64,000 nucleotides of DNA from Anaerolineales bacterium. Its GTDB lineage: Bacteria; Chloroflexota; Anaerolineae; Anaerolineales; UBA11579. Shown one piece after another: positions 1-12,308 of this stretch (its first letter is position 1; each line of letters opens with the position of its first letter). The notes under the pieces were generated by a model. That model was not told the origin of the DNA. It searched no databases and worked only from the letters and a program-made list of their open reading frames with translations. The stretch spans positions 67,718 to 131,717 of the forward strand of contig JAJTXV010000005.1 of assembly GCA_021463845.1 (NCBI GenBank), in the 5' to 3' direction. The position numbers were made by a program, and so were the translations under genes.

Positions 1-2
1 AC

Positions 3-926
3 AGCGCCCGCCTGGTGGATGCGCTGGGGCGCATCAACCAGATCTCGCGCCAGGGCCACTCGCGCGCCGCCATGGAAGAAGCCTACGGCGCCTTGGAATT
101 CTCGCCAAGCTACCTGCCCCTGCATGTCCACATGGCCGAGCTGCTGCTGCTCAGCGACCGGCCGCAGCAGGCCACCGAGAAGCTGGCCATCGTGGCGCGG
201 GTCTATTCCGCCCGCGGCGACAAAGAGCGCGCCACCCAGACCTACGAGCGCATCGTCTCGGTCTCTCCGCTGGATGTGGATGCGCGCCTGCGCCTGATCG
301 AGCAGCTGGCCGCCAACGGCCAGCTGCAGCAAGCCGCCAGCCAGAACCTGGAACTGGCGGATGTGTACTACCGCCTGGCCCAGCTCGACAAGGCGCGCGA
401 CACCTACGAGAAAGCCCTGCGCTTGGCGCAGGGCGCCGAAGTGGACGCCGCCTGGAATGTGCAGGTGCTGCATCAGATGGCCGATATTGACCTGCAGCGT
501 TTGGATTGGCGTAAGGGCCTGCTGGTGTACGAGCAGATCCGCAGCCTGGCGCCGGATGACGAGACCGCCCGCCTGAACCTGGTGCAGCTCAACCTGCGCC
601 TTGGGCAGGAGGGCAAAGCCAACGGCGAGCTGGAGAACTATCTCTCCTACCTCAACAGCCGCGGGCGAGACGAAGAGGCTGGCACCTTCCTGGCCACTTT
701 GGTGGATGAGAACCCGCGCTTTACTCTGGGGCACCGCCGCCTGGCGGAGCACTATCAGCAAATGGGCAAACGCGGCGACGCCATCAAAGCCTGGAACACG
801 GTCGGCCAGCTGCTTGTAGAAGCTGGCGACCGCGAAGGCGCCAAGGTGGCCGTGCGCGCCATCCTGGCGCTCAACCCGCCCAACCCCGAACGCTACCAGC
901 AGTTCTTGCAGCGCCTCAGCAAGTAA
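3..926 (+). CDS. TPR-repeat protein, probably 5'-truncated by the window edge
   Basis: The frame is open from nt 3 with no upstream stop; the listed ORF starts at GTG 15. The translation is a run of ~34-aa helical repeats (e.g. AIVARVYSARGDKERATQTYERIVSVSP, LADVYYRLAQLDKARDTYEKALRLA) typical of TPR. Confidence 0.7.
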   Translation, partial: SARLVDALGRINQISRQGHSRAAMEEAYGALEFSPSYLPLHVHMAELLLLSDRPQQATEKLAIVARVYSARGDKERATQTYERIVSVSPLDVDARLRLIEQLAANGQLQQAASQNLELADVYYRLAQLDKARDTYEKALRLAQGAEVDAAWNVQVLHQMADIDLQRLDWRKGLLVYEQIRSLAPDDETARLNLVQLNLRLGQEGKANGELENYLSYLNSRGRDEEAGTFLATLVDENPRFTLGHRRLAEHYQQMGKRGDAIKAWNTVGQLLVEAGDREGAKVAVRAILALNPPNPERYQQFLQRLSK

Positions 927-946
927 TTCAATCGATTCGCCATTTT

Positions 947-1078
947 GTCATTCCGAACGAGGCCGAAGGCCGAAGAGGAATCCGTATACAGATAGTTTGT
1001 GCTGCCGCACATATGCTGCAATTCAAATCAGCCCTTAACGGATTCCTCACCACTCGCTGCGCTCGGGTTCGGAATGAC
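947..1078. repeat. Family-A nested inverted-repeat element (gtcattccgaacgag...gaggaatcc // ggattcctc...gttcggaatgac)
   Basis: The outer arms gtcattccgaac (947-) and gttcggaatgac (-1078) are reverse complements. So are the inner arms gaggaatccg (975-984) and cggattcctc (1039-1048). Related copies lie at 54010-54170 and 55911-56030. Confidence 0.8.
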
Positions 1079-1283
1079 AACATGGCTAGCCTTCGTGCCC
1101 CTCCTATTGTGCATCCAACCATACCGTGTCATTCTGACCGGGTTTGTACATCCACACCAGATCGCCGGACCCAGGTCAGGGAAGAATCCTTGCTGGCAAG
1201 TCTTCTGCGCTGAGCTTGAGTTATCCATTAGCGCAGTGAGGATCCCTCGCTACGCTCGGGATGCACAATCGGGAGCGCCGACA

Positions 1284-1958
1284 TTACAGCCCAAACACGC
1301 CGGGCAGCTCTGCCACGGACGGCAATATCAGGTCGGCGCCGGCCTGGCGCAACTCGTCCTCTTCCCCAAAGCCCGACAGCACGCCAATCGCCTGTGCCCC
1401 CGCCCGTTTGGCCGCCAGCACATCCACGACCGTATCCCCCACCATCACGCACTCGGCGGTCTGCACGCCAAACTGCGTGCAGGCGTGGTGCACCGGCTCG
1501 GCGGCGGGCTTGGTGCGCCGCGTGCTGAGTCCGTGCACCACCAGCGGGATGTGCGCCGCCAGCCCACTGGCCTGCAGAAAAGCGTGCGTGGCGCTGGCGC
1601 CGCGCACGGTGATCACCGCCAGCGGATAGCGCCCGCCCAGCGCAGCCACCGCGGCCGGGATGCCCGCGATCAGGTTCGGGTCCACCCGGCGCGGCCGCCT
1701 GCGGCGGGCGATGGCTTCCATCAAACGGCCCACCGGGCCGTCGAGCCCCAGCGCATCCAGCAGGCCGAGCGCATCATTGCCGGGCTTCTCCAAGCGCATC
1801 ACCATGCTGCGCGCCGCCTGCGGCGCACGCCGACCCAGCAGCGGACGCAGGGCGCGCTCGAACAGGCTGGCATAGTGGTCATCTGTATCGCGTAAGGTGC
1901 CATCCACATCCAGAAAGATGGCTTTGACCGCGGCGGGGTTAAAGGATTCGTTGGTCAA
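1284..1958 (-). CDS. HAD-superfamily hydrolase (phosphoglycolate phosphatase-like)
   Basis: 224 aa. HAD motif I is FLDVDGTL, and the C-terminal motif is MVGDTVVDVLAAKRAG. The length is typical of Gph-like HAD-IA enzymes. Confidence 0.85.
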   Translation of the reverse strand: MTNESFNPAAVKAIFLDVDGTLRDTDDHYASLFERALRPLLGRRAPQAARSMVMRLEKPGNDALGLLDALGLDGPVGRLMEAIARRRRPRRVDPNLIAGIPAAVAALGGRYPLAVITVRGASATHAFLQASGLAAHIPLVVHGLSTRRTKPAAEPVHHACTQFGVQTAECVMVGDTVVDVLAAKRAGAQAIGVLSGFGEEDELRQAGADLILPSVAELPGVFGL

Positions 1959-2016
1959 TACGTCCTCTGCGCTGATTTCAAAACGCGCGTTTCACGAATG
2001 GATTAAACTTGAACAT

Positions 2017-2379
2017 ATGAAACCAAAGCACATTCTAATCCTCGGCGATGCCGTATTGATCCTGGCCTTCATGTTGGTTGGCCTCAACTTTCACGACAGC
2101 GATTCGACCCGCCTGCTGCCCAACCTGATCCCGTTCGGTCTGGCCTGGGCGCTGGCCGGCTACTATCTCAACCAGTGGGCCGTACCCACCTGGCGCAGCA
2201 TCCTTACGGTGCTGCCGGCCATGCTGCTGGCCGCGCCGCTGGGCGCGGTGCTGCGCGCCGCCTGGCTGGGCGGCGTGGCCCTGCCGCTGTTCACCGCCAT
2301 CACCGCCGCCGGCCTGGCTGCGGTGCTAATGGCCTGGCGCGCCCTTTACCTGCTGGTGTTCGCCAAAAGGAAGCCTTGA
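2017..2379 (+). CDS. small 4-TM membrane protein (DUF3054-like)
   Basis: Internal ATG at 2017 (MKPKHILILGDAVLILAFMLVG...). The protein is hydrophobic with about four helices. The upstream part of the long ORF overlaps the HAD gene on the other strand. Confidence 0.5.
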   Translation: MKPKHILILGDAVLILAFMLVGLNFHDSDSTRLLPNLIPFGLAWALAGYYLNQWAVPTWRSILTVLPAMLLAAPLGAVLRAAWLGGVALPLFTAITAAGLAAVLMAWRALYLLVFAKRKP

Positions 2380-2984
2380 ACGAAGAGCAATGGATCAAGG
2401 ACGCCCAAGCCGGCGACCTTGACGCGTTCAACCGCCTGGTGATCAGTTACCAGGGCCTGGCCTACAACGTGGCCTACCGCCTGCTGGGCGATGACGCCAG
2501 CGCGCAGGACGCCACGCAGGACGCGTTCATCTCTGCCTATCGCAATCTGCGCAGCTACAAGGGCGGCTCCTTCAAGGCCTGGTTACTGCGCATCGTTACC
2601 AACGGCAGCTACGATGAGCTGCGCCGCCAAAAGCGCCGTCCGCAGCTGCCGCTGGAGCCCGAGCCGCTGGATGGCGAAGACGCGCCCGATCCGGCCTGGA
2701 TGGCCGACCCCGGCGAGAGCCCGGCCGAGCTGGCCGAACGGGTCGAGCTCAACGCCGCCATCCAGCGCTGCCTGAACCAGCTCGAAGATGAGTTCCGCAC
2801 CGCGGTGGTGCTGATCGATGTGCAGGGCATGGACTACAGCGAGGCGGCCGAGATCGTCAAGCGCCCGCTCGGCACAGTGAAGAGCCGCCTGGCGCGCGCC
2901 CGCAGCCGCATGCAAGAGTGCCTGCAGGGCTTTGCGGAACTATTGCCCGATAAATTTCGTCTTACTGGCGAAGGCAAACCATGA
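2376..2984 (+). CDS. ECF (sigma-70 family) RNA polymerase sigma factor
   Basis: In-frame TTG at 2376 preceded by aaaaggaag (RBS), overlapping the stop of the upstream gene. Region 2 is DLDAFNRLVISYQGLAYNVAYRLLGDDASAQDATQDAFISAY; region 4 is DYSEAAEIVKRPLGTVKSRLARAR. Confidence 0.85.
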   Translation: MNEEQWIKDAQAGDLDAFNRLVISYQGLAYNVAYRLLGDDASAQDATQDAFISAYRNLRSYKGGSFKAWLLRIVTNGSYDELRRQKRRPQLPLEPEPLDGEDAPDPAWMADPGESPAELAERVELNAAIQRCLNQLEDEFRTAVVLIDVQGMDYSEAAEIVKRPLGTVKSRLARARSRMQECLQGFAELLPDKFRLTGEGKP

Positions 2985-3601
2985 AAGCCGCCATCACTCT
3001 ACGTGACTATGAGCTGCTGTCTGCCCACCTGGACGGCCAGCTGGCGCCTGCAGAAACGCAGGCGCTCTTGGCGCGCCTGGATGCAGAGCCGCAGCTGGCT
3101 GCGGCTCTGGCGAGCCTGACGAAAGTACGTGCGCTGCTGCGCCGCGCCCCGCAGCGCCGCGTGCCCCGCAGCTTCATGCTCACCCCGCAGCAAGCCGGCC
3201 AACGCAGCGGGCTGGGCGCCTGGTCCGGCTTCAACTTTGCCAGCGCGATTGCCGCGCTGACCCTGATCTTCGTATTGGTCACCGACTTCTCGGTCAACGG
3301 CCTGCCCACTCCGCTCACAGCGCGTGCACCGGAAGCAGTAATGATGATGGCCGAGGCCCCACAAGCTGAGAGCTACGATGCGGGCGAGGCGGCCGGCAAC
3401 GGCCCCGCCAACCCGGTTGAAACGCTGGCGCTTGAGAACACCGCGGCGGACGAGACCCGCATGGCCGAGGAGCCTAGCCTGAAAGAAGCCCCCCTCACGC
3501 TGACCGGATGGGTGGCATATAACGCGCCCGTGCTCGAAGCGCTGCTGGCTTCGCTGGCGGTGATTGCCGGCCTGCTGGCCTGGCATCACCGGCGCAGATA
3601 A
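2981..3601 (+). CDS. putative anti-sigma factor (single TM)
   Basis: ATGA overlap with the sigma gene. The N-terminus YELLSAHLDGQLAPAETQALLARL resembles zf-HC2/RskA-type anti-sigma N-termini. There is a central TM helix and a second C-terminal hydrophobic segment. Confidence 0.6.
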   Translation: MKAAITLRDYELLSAHLDGQLAPAETQALLARLDAEPQLAAALASLTKVRALLRRAPQRRVPRSFMLTPQQAGQRSGLGAWSGFNFASAIAALTLIFVLVTDFSVNGLPTPLTARAPEAVMMMAEAPQAESYDAGEAAGNGPANPVETLALENTAADETRMAEEPSLKEAPLTLTGWVAYNAPVLEALLASLAVIAGLLAWHHRRR

Positions 3602-3634
3602 AAAACAAAGGCGGCAATGCCGCCTTTGTTTTTT
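3600..3634 (+). terminator. Rho-independent terminator (A-tract/hairpin/T-tract)
   Basis: Stem 3606-3614 caaaggcgg pairs with 3620-3628 ccgcctttg, followed by tttttt (3629-3634). An A-run sits 5' of the stem. Confidence 0.7.
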
Positions 3635-3651
3635 GAGTAATAATTCTGCGC

Positions 3652-5832
3652 ATGCCTGACGCGCTCAGCGGCTCCATTGAATACGTCACCTACTACAACG
3701 CCGAGAACGGCTTCAGCGTATTGCGCCTGAAGCCGGATGAGGACGCGCTGAGCCAGGATGCGGATGGCACGGTGGCCGTGACCGGCATTCTGCCCGAACT
3801 CACGGTGGGCGAGCATTTGGAAATGCAGGGCGAATGGGTCAAAGACCCGCGCTTCGGCATGCAATTCAAAGTGCAGAAGCTGCAGCAAACCCTGCCCACC
3901 ACGGTGGAGGGCATCCGCCGTTATCTGAGCTCCGGACTGCTCAAAGGCGTTGGCCCCACCATCGCCGGGCGCATCGTGGACCACTTCGGCGCCCAAACCA
4001 TCGAGATCATTGATAAGCAGCCCGAGCGCCTGCGCGAAGTAGCCGACATCGGCCCCAAGCGCCAGAAGCAGATCCTGAGCGCATGGGATGAGCAGCGCCA
4101 GGTGCGGGATGTGATGGTGTTCCTGAGCAGCCACGGCGTCAGCGCCAACCTGGCCACCAAGATCCACAAAGAATACGGCAACCGCGCCATGGAAGTGGTG
4201 AAGAAAGATCCCTACCGCCTGGCGCGTGACCTGCAGGGGGTGGGCTTCCTCACGGCAGACCGGATCGCCAAGTCCTTCGGCCTGCCGGCCGACCACCCGG
4301 CCCGCATGGAAGCCGGCCTGCTCTACACTCTGGCCGAGTTCACCGGCGAGGGTCACGTATATGCCCCGCGCCCGCAACTGCAGGCCCGCGCCACGGAGCT
4401 GCTGGGCACCGCCCAGCAGCCGGTCAGCGAGGCCATAGACCGCCTGGCCGCCCAGCAGCATGTAGTGCTGGAGGATGAGGCCATCTACCCGTCGGAAATG
4501 CACGCGGCTGAGCTGGGCCTGGTTGAGCTGCTGCAGGCATTGGCGAATGCGCCCAACAGCGCCACCGCCGACATGCCGCTGGCGCGCGACCCCGATGCGC
4601 TGAGTGACTTCACCCAGCTGGATACGCTGCAGCGCAAGGCGGTGCTCACCGCCTTGCGAGAGCCAGTGAGCATCCTCACCGGCGGCCCGGGCACCGGCAA
4701 GACCACCACGATGAAGACGCTCATCGGCGCGCTGGAGCTGGCCGGCAAGCGCTACGCGCTGGCCGCCCCTACCGGGCGCGCCGCCAAGCGGCTCTCGCAA
4801 ACCAGCAGCCAGCCCGCCAGCACCATCCACCGCCTGATCGGCTACACGCCCGGCGAAGGCCCTAAGTACAACGAAGACGAGCCGCTCAACATTGACCTGA
4901 TCGTCATCGACGAAGCTTCCATGCTGGATCTGCAGCTGACCTATACGCTGCTCAAGGCCATCCGCCCCGGCACGCACCTGTTGCTGGTGGGCGATGTGGA
5001 CCAACTGCCCTCGGTGGGGGCCGGCGATGTGCTGCGCGACCTGATCGCCAGCGCCCAGTACCCGGTGACCCGCCTGGAGACGATCTACCGCCAGGGCGAG
5101 AATTCCAACATTGTCAGCAACGCCCACGCCATGAACCGCGGCCAGCTGCCGCAGACCAGCAAGGACGCCGAGGGTGATTTCTTTATCGACGCGACCGACA
5201 ATGCCAAAGAAGCGAACGAGAAGATCGTAGCGCTGGTAAGCCAGCGCATCCCGGCCCGCTTCAAGCTCGACCCCTTGCAGCACATCCAGGTGCTCTCGCC
5301 CATGTACCGCGGCGAGGCGGGCGTGGCGGCGCTCAACGAGGCACTGCAAAAAGCGCTCAACCCGCCCAGCGCGCTCAAGCCGGAGCGCCGCCTGCACGGC
5401 CAGCTGCTGCGGGTGGGCGACCGCCTGATGCAGATCCGCAACAATTACGACAAGACCGTCTTCAATGGCGACATTGGACGGCTGGTGGAGATCGCTAGCG
5501 AGGAGCAAACCCTGACGGTGGATTTTGAGGGCCGCCGCGTGAGTTATGAGTGGAGCGAGGCTGACGAGCTGACTTTGGCGTATGCGATCACCGTGCACAA
5601 GGCGCAGGGCTCCGAGTTCCACTGCGTGGTGATGCCGGTGCTCAGCCAGCACTACATCATGCTGCAGCGCAACCTGCTGTACACGGGCGTTACGCGGGCG
5701 CAATCGCTGTGCGTGCTGGTGGGCAGCCGCAAAGCGATCGGCATGGCGGTCAACAACAACAAAGTAGCCCAACGCTGGACCGGGCTGGCGCGGCGGCTAT
5801 CTGGCGCTGGGCTACAATCGTCAGCGCAATGA
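3652..5832 (+). CDS. recD2: RecD2-type SF1B ATP-dependent DNA helicase
   Basis: 726 aa. Walker A is GGPGTGKTT, Walker B is LIVIDEASML, and further helicase motifs are LLLVGDVDQLPSVGAG and AITVHKAQGSEF. The N-terminal region is HhH-like. Confidence 0.9.
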   Translation: MPDALSGSIEYVTYYNAENGFSVLRLKPDEDALSQDADGTVAVTGILPELTVGEHLEMQGEWVKDPRFGMQFKVQKLQQTLPTTVEGIRRYLSSGLLKGVGPTIAGRIVDHFGAQTIEIIDKQPERLREVADIGPKRQKQILSAWDEQRQVRDVMVFLSSHGVSANLATKIHKEYGNRAMEVVKKDPYRLARDLQGVGFLTADRIAKSFGLPADHPARMEAGLLYTLAEFTGEGHVYAPRPQLQARATELLGTAQQPVSEAIDRLAAQQHVVLEDEAIYPSEMHAAELGLVELLQALANAPNSATADMPLARDPDALSDFTQLDTLQRKAVLTALREPVSILTGGPGTGKTTTMKTLIGALELAGKRYALAAPTGRAAKRLSQTSSQPASTIHRLIGYTPGEGPKYNEDEPLNIDLIVIDEASMLDLQLTYTLLKAIRPGTHLLLVGDVDQLPSVGAGDVLRDLIASAQYPVTRLETIYRQGENSNIVSNAHAMNRGQLPQTSKDAEGDFFIDATDNAKEANEKIVALVSQRIPARFKLDPLQHIQVLSPMYRGEAGVAALNEALQKALNPPSALKPERRLHGQLLRVGDRLMQIRNNYDKTVFNGDIGRLVEIASEEQTLTVDFEGRRVSYEWSEADELTLAYAITVHKAQGSEFHCVVMPVLSQHYIMLQRNLLYTGVTRAQSLCVLVGSRKAIGMAVNNNKVAQRWTGLARRLSGAGLQSSAQ

Positions 5833-7385
5833 AGCCGCGCACTTTCTATTACTTACTTGCCATCATTTCAGTGCTGGGCGGCCTGGCGGTGTACGTAGCC
5901 ACCAGCCAGTGGGGCCCCGGGCTGTCTACCGACGGAGCCCGCTATCTCTCCACCGCCGAGAGCCTGGCGGCCGGCCGCGGCCTGCTGGATTATCTCGGCG
6001 AGCCGCTGGTCAATTGGCCGCCGCTGTACCCGGCCATCGTGGCCCTGCTGCACAAGCTCAGCGGCGTTGACGTAATGGTTATCGCCCAGGTCATCAATAC
6101 CCTCACCTGGTCGGCCATCATCGCCCTGAGCGGTGTGTTCTTTACCCGCGCCCTGCCCGGCAAGTACACTTTTGCTCTGTTTGCTACGCTGGTGGTCGCC
6201 AGCAGCCGCGCCCTGGTGGAAATGTCAGCCAACGCCTCGTCTGACCCGCTGTTCATGTTGTGCATGCTGCTGTGGCTGCTGGCGGCGCAACAGTATGCAG
6301 CCACACGCAGCCCGCGCTATTTCTGGCAGATGGCGCTGCTGGCCGCGGCCGGCTGCTTCCTGCGCTACGCCGGCTCCTCGCTGGTGATGGCGGGTGGGCT
6401 GGTGGTGCTGTGGGCCTGGCGCAGCGATTTGCGCCAGGCGGTGCTGCGCGCCATCGCGTACGGGGCGGTATCGGCCGGGCCGATCGGCCTGTGGGCCGTC
6501 TTCCACAACTATCGCCTGACCGGCATCCTACTCGGCACTCACCAACCTTCGTATCCGCCCGGCCTGTTCGTGGCCGCGGTCGAGAAAGTGGCCAGCTGGT
6601 TCGTGCCCGAGCGCGTCCTGCTGATCGTGCCGCCGCTGGCTCTGTTCGGCCTGCTGTTGGCCGCGCTGGCGCTGCGCAGCACGCGCCAGCGCTGGGCGGC
6701 CTGGCTGCAACGCGTGCTGGCGGCGCCGTTGTTGCCAGCAGCCGCCTTCACACTGGTGTACGGGGCCATGTTGATCTTCACGATCAGCTATTCGGAGCAC
6801 CGCGTACCCGGCAGCCAGCGCCTGCATGCCGTGCTGCTGCCCTGCCTGCTGGTACTGGGCTATACACTGTATGAGCAGTTTGGCCCGCGGTTGCAAGGCG
6901 CCTGGCGGACGCTGGCGCTGGGGGCGGCCGCGGTGTGGCTGCTGTTCCCGCTCTTCCGCACGGCGGACTATGTGCGTAGCTCACATGCCGAGGGCGATGT
7001 GAGCTACTACAACCTATACAACACTCGCGCCCTGCGCCAATCCGAGCTCACTGCACACCTCAGCACTTTCCCGTTCCAGCCGGATGACAAGGTCTACAGC
7101 AACAACGAAGGCGCGGCCTGGTTCCTGCTGCGCCGCCGCATCTATCGACTGCCGCGCTACGACGGTGAGACCCAGGCCAGCCTGCAAACTGCCCTGGCCG
7201 AATTCGACGGCTGGCCGGCTGTGGATGACACCGCCTGGCTAATATGGTTCAGTGATGCGCTGGATTACAAACGAGACGTACCCACCCCGGAGCAGATGCA
7301 GGACAATATTCCTGCCAGCACGATGCGTGTGCTGAGCAACTACCGGAGTGGGTACGGAGAGATCTACGTACTGGATGTAGAGTAG
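5829..7385 (+). CDS. polytopic membrane protein, ArnT/PMT (GT39/GT83)-like glycosyltransferase
   Basis: ATG at 5829 overlaps the recD2 stop. There are more than 10 predicted TM helices, an N-terminal loop LSTDGARYLSTAESLAAGRG as in 4-amino-arabinose/mannosyl-transferase families, and a soluble C-terminal domain. Confidence 0.55.
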   Translation: MKPRTFYYLLAIISVLGGLAVYVATSQWGPGLSTDGARYLSTAESLAAGRGLLDYLGEPLVNWPPLYPAIVALLHKLSGVDVMVIAQVINTLTWSAIIALSGVFFTRALPGKYTFALFATLVVASSRALVEMSANASSDPLFMLCMLLWLLAAQQYAATRSPRYFWQMALLAAAGCFLRYAGSSLVMAGGLVVLWAWRSDLRQAVLRAIAYGAVSAGPIGLWAVFHNYRLTGILLGTHQPSYPPGLFVAAVEKVASWFVPERVLLIVPPLALFGLLLAALALRSTRQRWAAWLQRVLAAPLLPAAAFTLVYGAMLIFTISYSEHRVPGSQRLHAVLLPCLLVLGYTLYEQFGPRLQGAWRTLALGAAAVWLLFPLFRTADYVRSSHAEGDVSYYNLYNTRALRQSELTAHLSTFPFQPDDKVYSNNEGAAWFLLRRRIYRLPRYDGETQASLQTALAEFDGWPAVDDTAWLIWFSDALDYKRDVPTPEQMQDNIPASTMRVLSNYRSGYGEIYVLDVE

Positions 7386-7391
7386 CCGGAG

Positions 7392-9242
7392 CTAGCTGGC
7401 CGCGTCTTCGCTTTCCTGCGGTTCCTCAGCCACAAACTGACGCCAGTCGCCGTGCACGCCCTCTTCGGTCACGCCGAAGTAGAAGCGCAAGCCCCCATCC
7501 ACACGCTGCACAAAGTCATAGCGATCCTGCTGGCGCTGCACATAGTGCTTGAGCATGCCAAAGTCGCCGCGCCACTCTGCTTTCAGGCTGGCCTCTACTT
7601 TGGGCAGCCCGGCGTATTCAGTGATGGCGTAGTGCCACAGCTTGCGGGCTGACTTCTCAGTGACGTTGTTGACCACCATGTTGTTGCGCAGGTCACGCAC
7701 GATGTAGTAGGCCACGCCGTTGCGCTGCTCCTCGCTCACCACTTCCACCCCGGTGCGCGGGGCGTGCTCGGCGCGGGCCGGCAGCTCCGCCTTGGGCGGC
7801 TGCTCTGCCGCCGGCTGGGCCGCGGCTTGCGGCTTGCTGCCGCGGCCGTTCTGGCCGCCAGCGGCCTGGCCGCCTCGCCGCCCCCCGCGGCGGCCCTCTT
7901 TGGCCGGCTTGGCAGCCGGCTCTTCCACGCGCGGCGCAATGCCGGCCACCAGGCGCACGATCTCGTCGCGCACGGCCAGGCCGGTCTCGGCCTCGGTGCG
8001 CAGATAGATCTGGTTATCGTCCACCGCGTAGGGCGGATCATCACCGCGCGGCACGATCACGCGCAGCACGCTCTTGCCCTCGCTTTGCAGGCTGTCCACC
8101 GTGCAGGCCAGCGGCGGGCTGATGCGCTTGGCGATCTCCTGCTCCAGCTGGCGGATGGCCTGGCCGGAGTTGCGCACGCCGACGATCGGCTTGGTTTCGG
8201 CGCTCAGGCCCACGAACAGCGTGCCGCCGTTGGTGTTGGCGAAGGCGCACACATCCGCAATGATGGCGTTGAGGTTGCTGCGCCCGCCCATGCTCTCGTG
8301 AAACTCTTGGACGATGTTGCTGCCCTGCTCACGCGCCGAGCGGACGAAGTCGAAGTGAGCGCCTTCATCCTGCCGCTTGCTCTGGGCCGGGCGGGTGCGT
8401 GCAAAGTCATTGCTCTCGAACAACGTCTTCAAGGCTTCGAAACTCGGCGTGGGCAGCAGCACTTCAGTGATGCGCCCGCCGATGCCGAGGTTGTTGTGGC
8501 GCTTGGGGTCATTGTCCATGCGGTGCGCATCCGAGCCCTGGATCACATGCATGCGGCGCGGATACTCCGGCTTGATGCCGCTGAAGAAGGCTGCCGTGGA
8601 ATGGCGGCCGCGCTTGTCGAGGTCGGTCACCTCCAGGGCGTGCAGATGCGGATCCTGGGTATAGGCGATCTTGGTCTGCCCGCCGAAGTTGAAGCCGCGC
8701 ATCGCCACCCCGTTGGTGGAATTGGCGTGGGCGGCGATGACGATGCCGCCGGCCTCGTGGATGGCCTGGTAGGCGGTCAGCACATCCGCCGACGCGCCCA
8801 CGGTCACCGAGCCGGCCTCCAGTTGATTGGAGGGCACGTTCAAATCGAGCAGGATGTGCTCGATCTCGCGCAGGGGCTTCTTGGGGTCGAACAGGGCCAG
8901 CACGTGGAAGCCGAAGGTGGCGGTGAATTCAAAGCCGGGCAGCACCAGGATCTTGGCGCGCAGGCGTTCGTACTCCTTCAGGCGCTCCTCCTCCTCAGGC
9001 AGGATGCGTTTGAGGTTGCGCAGCATGCGCAACTGCTCGATCTCTTCCTCCATGCGGCGGTAGCCGCTGGCGGTGTTGTGGTCGGCAAAGCCGATGATGT
9101 CCAGCCCGCGCTGCTCTGCTTTGCGCAGAATGTCCAAATAGCTGATGCTGGGTTCCTGATAGTCGCTTGAGGCGGGGGTATGCAGATGCAGGTCCATTGC
9201 GTACCATTTCTTGCCTCCCCCGCGGTTCTTGTTGTCTCTCAC
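7392..9242 (-). CDS. multidomain protein: N-terminal PHP phosphoesterase + AlbA_2 (Schlafen-type) putative DNA-binding domain + RGG-rich linker + unknown C-terminal domain
   Basis: PHP motifs are [31 protein letters not shown] and GSDAHR. The AlbA_2-like segment is [19 protein letters not shown]...[17 protein letters not shown] low-complexity stretch [20 protein letters not shown] follows. Confidence 0.75.
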   Translation of the reverse strand: MRDNKNRGGGKKWYAMDLHLHTPASSDYQEPSISYLDILRKAEQRGLDIIGFADHNTASGYRRMEEEIEQLRMLRNLKRILPEEEERLKEYERLRAKILVLPGFEFTATFGFHVLALFDPKKPLREIEHILLDLNVPSNQLEAGSVTVGASADVLTAYQAIHEAGGIVIAAHANSTNGVAMRGFNFGGQTKIAYTQDPHLHALEVTDLDKRGRHSTAAFFSGIKPEYPRRMHVIQGSDAHRMDNDPKRHNNLGIGGRITEVLLPTPSFEALKTLFESNDFARTRPAQSKRQDEGAHFDFVRSAREQGSNIVQEFHESMGGRSNLNAIIADVCAFANTNGGTLFVGLSAETKPIVGVRNSGQAIRQLEQEIAKRISPPLACTVDSLQSEGKSVLRVIVPRGDDPPYAVDDNQIYLRTEAETGLAVRDEIVRLVAGIAPRVEEPAAKPAKEGRRGGRRGGQAAGGQNGRGSKPQAAAQPAAEQPPKAELPARAEHAPRTGVEVVSEEQRNGVAYYIVRDLRNNMVVNNVTEKSARKLWHYAITEYAGLPKVEASLKAEWRGDFGMLKHYVQRQQDRYDFVQRVDGGLRFYFGVTEEGVHGDWRQFVAEEPQESEDAAS

Positions 9243-9273
9243 TGTGTCTCCGTAATAAATGCGGCGGCGCCGT

Positions 9274-9633
9274 TTATTGCTGCAGGCGGCGCGCCAATAA
9301 ATTCACCAGTTCATCTGGCATATAGGGTTTTTGCAAAAAGTCGTTGGCGCCGCGTTGCAGCGCCTCCTGGCGGTAATCAATGCCCGAGGTGAGCAGCACG
9401 TACACCGCCTCGAAGCCCGGCTGGGCGCGCAGCGCCTCCACCAGTTCGATGCCGTTGGCGCCGCGCAAATTCACATCGGCCACGATGGCGTCGGCCGGGC
9501 GGGCGCGCAGATCCTCGGCCAGCCTGCCAAACTCGGTCAGCCGGTTGACCCGGTAGCCTTCAATGCTGAGCAAATCGTGCACCAGTTGGTACAGCATCTC
9601 TTCATCTTCCAGGACCAGGATGGTTTTGGCCAT
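9274..9633 (-). CDS. stand-alone response-regulator receiver (CheY-like)
   Basis: 119 aa. It begins MAKTILVLEDEE and has the phospho-acceptor context AIVADVNLRG, then LLTSG and KP. There is no output domain. Confidence 0.85.
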   Translation of the reverse strand: MAKTILVLEDEEMLYQLVHDLLSIEGYRVNRLTEFGRLAEDLRARPADAIVADVNLRGANGIELVEALRAQPGFEAVYVLLTSGIDYRQEALQRGANDFLQKPYMPDELVNLLARRLQQ

Positions 9634-9635
9634 GG

Positions 9636-12307
<2,672 letters not shown>

Positions 12308-12308
<1 letters not shown>

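Noticed and set aside
2175-2375. Upstream extension of the first ECF sigma ORF (269-aa version)
   Set aside because: The extension is Arg/Ala/Gly-rich and overlaps the membrane-protein gene in another frame. An in-frame TTG with a good RBS at 2376 gives a normal-length (~200 aa) sigma factor.
3586-5772. 728-aa ORF antisense to recD2
   Set aside because: The composition is Arg/Ala/Gly/Leu/His-biased with no motifs, typical of a shadow ORF in high-G+C DNA. The opposite strand has unmistakable SF1 helicase motifs.
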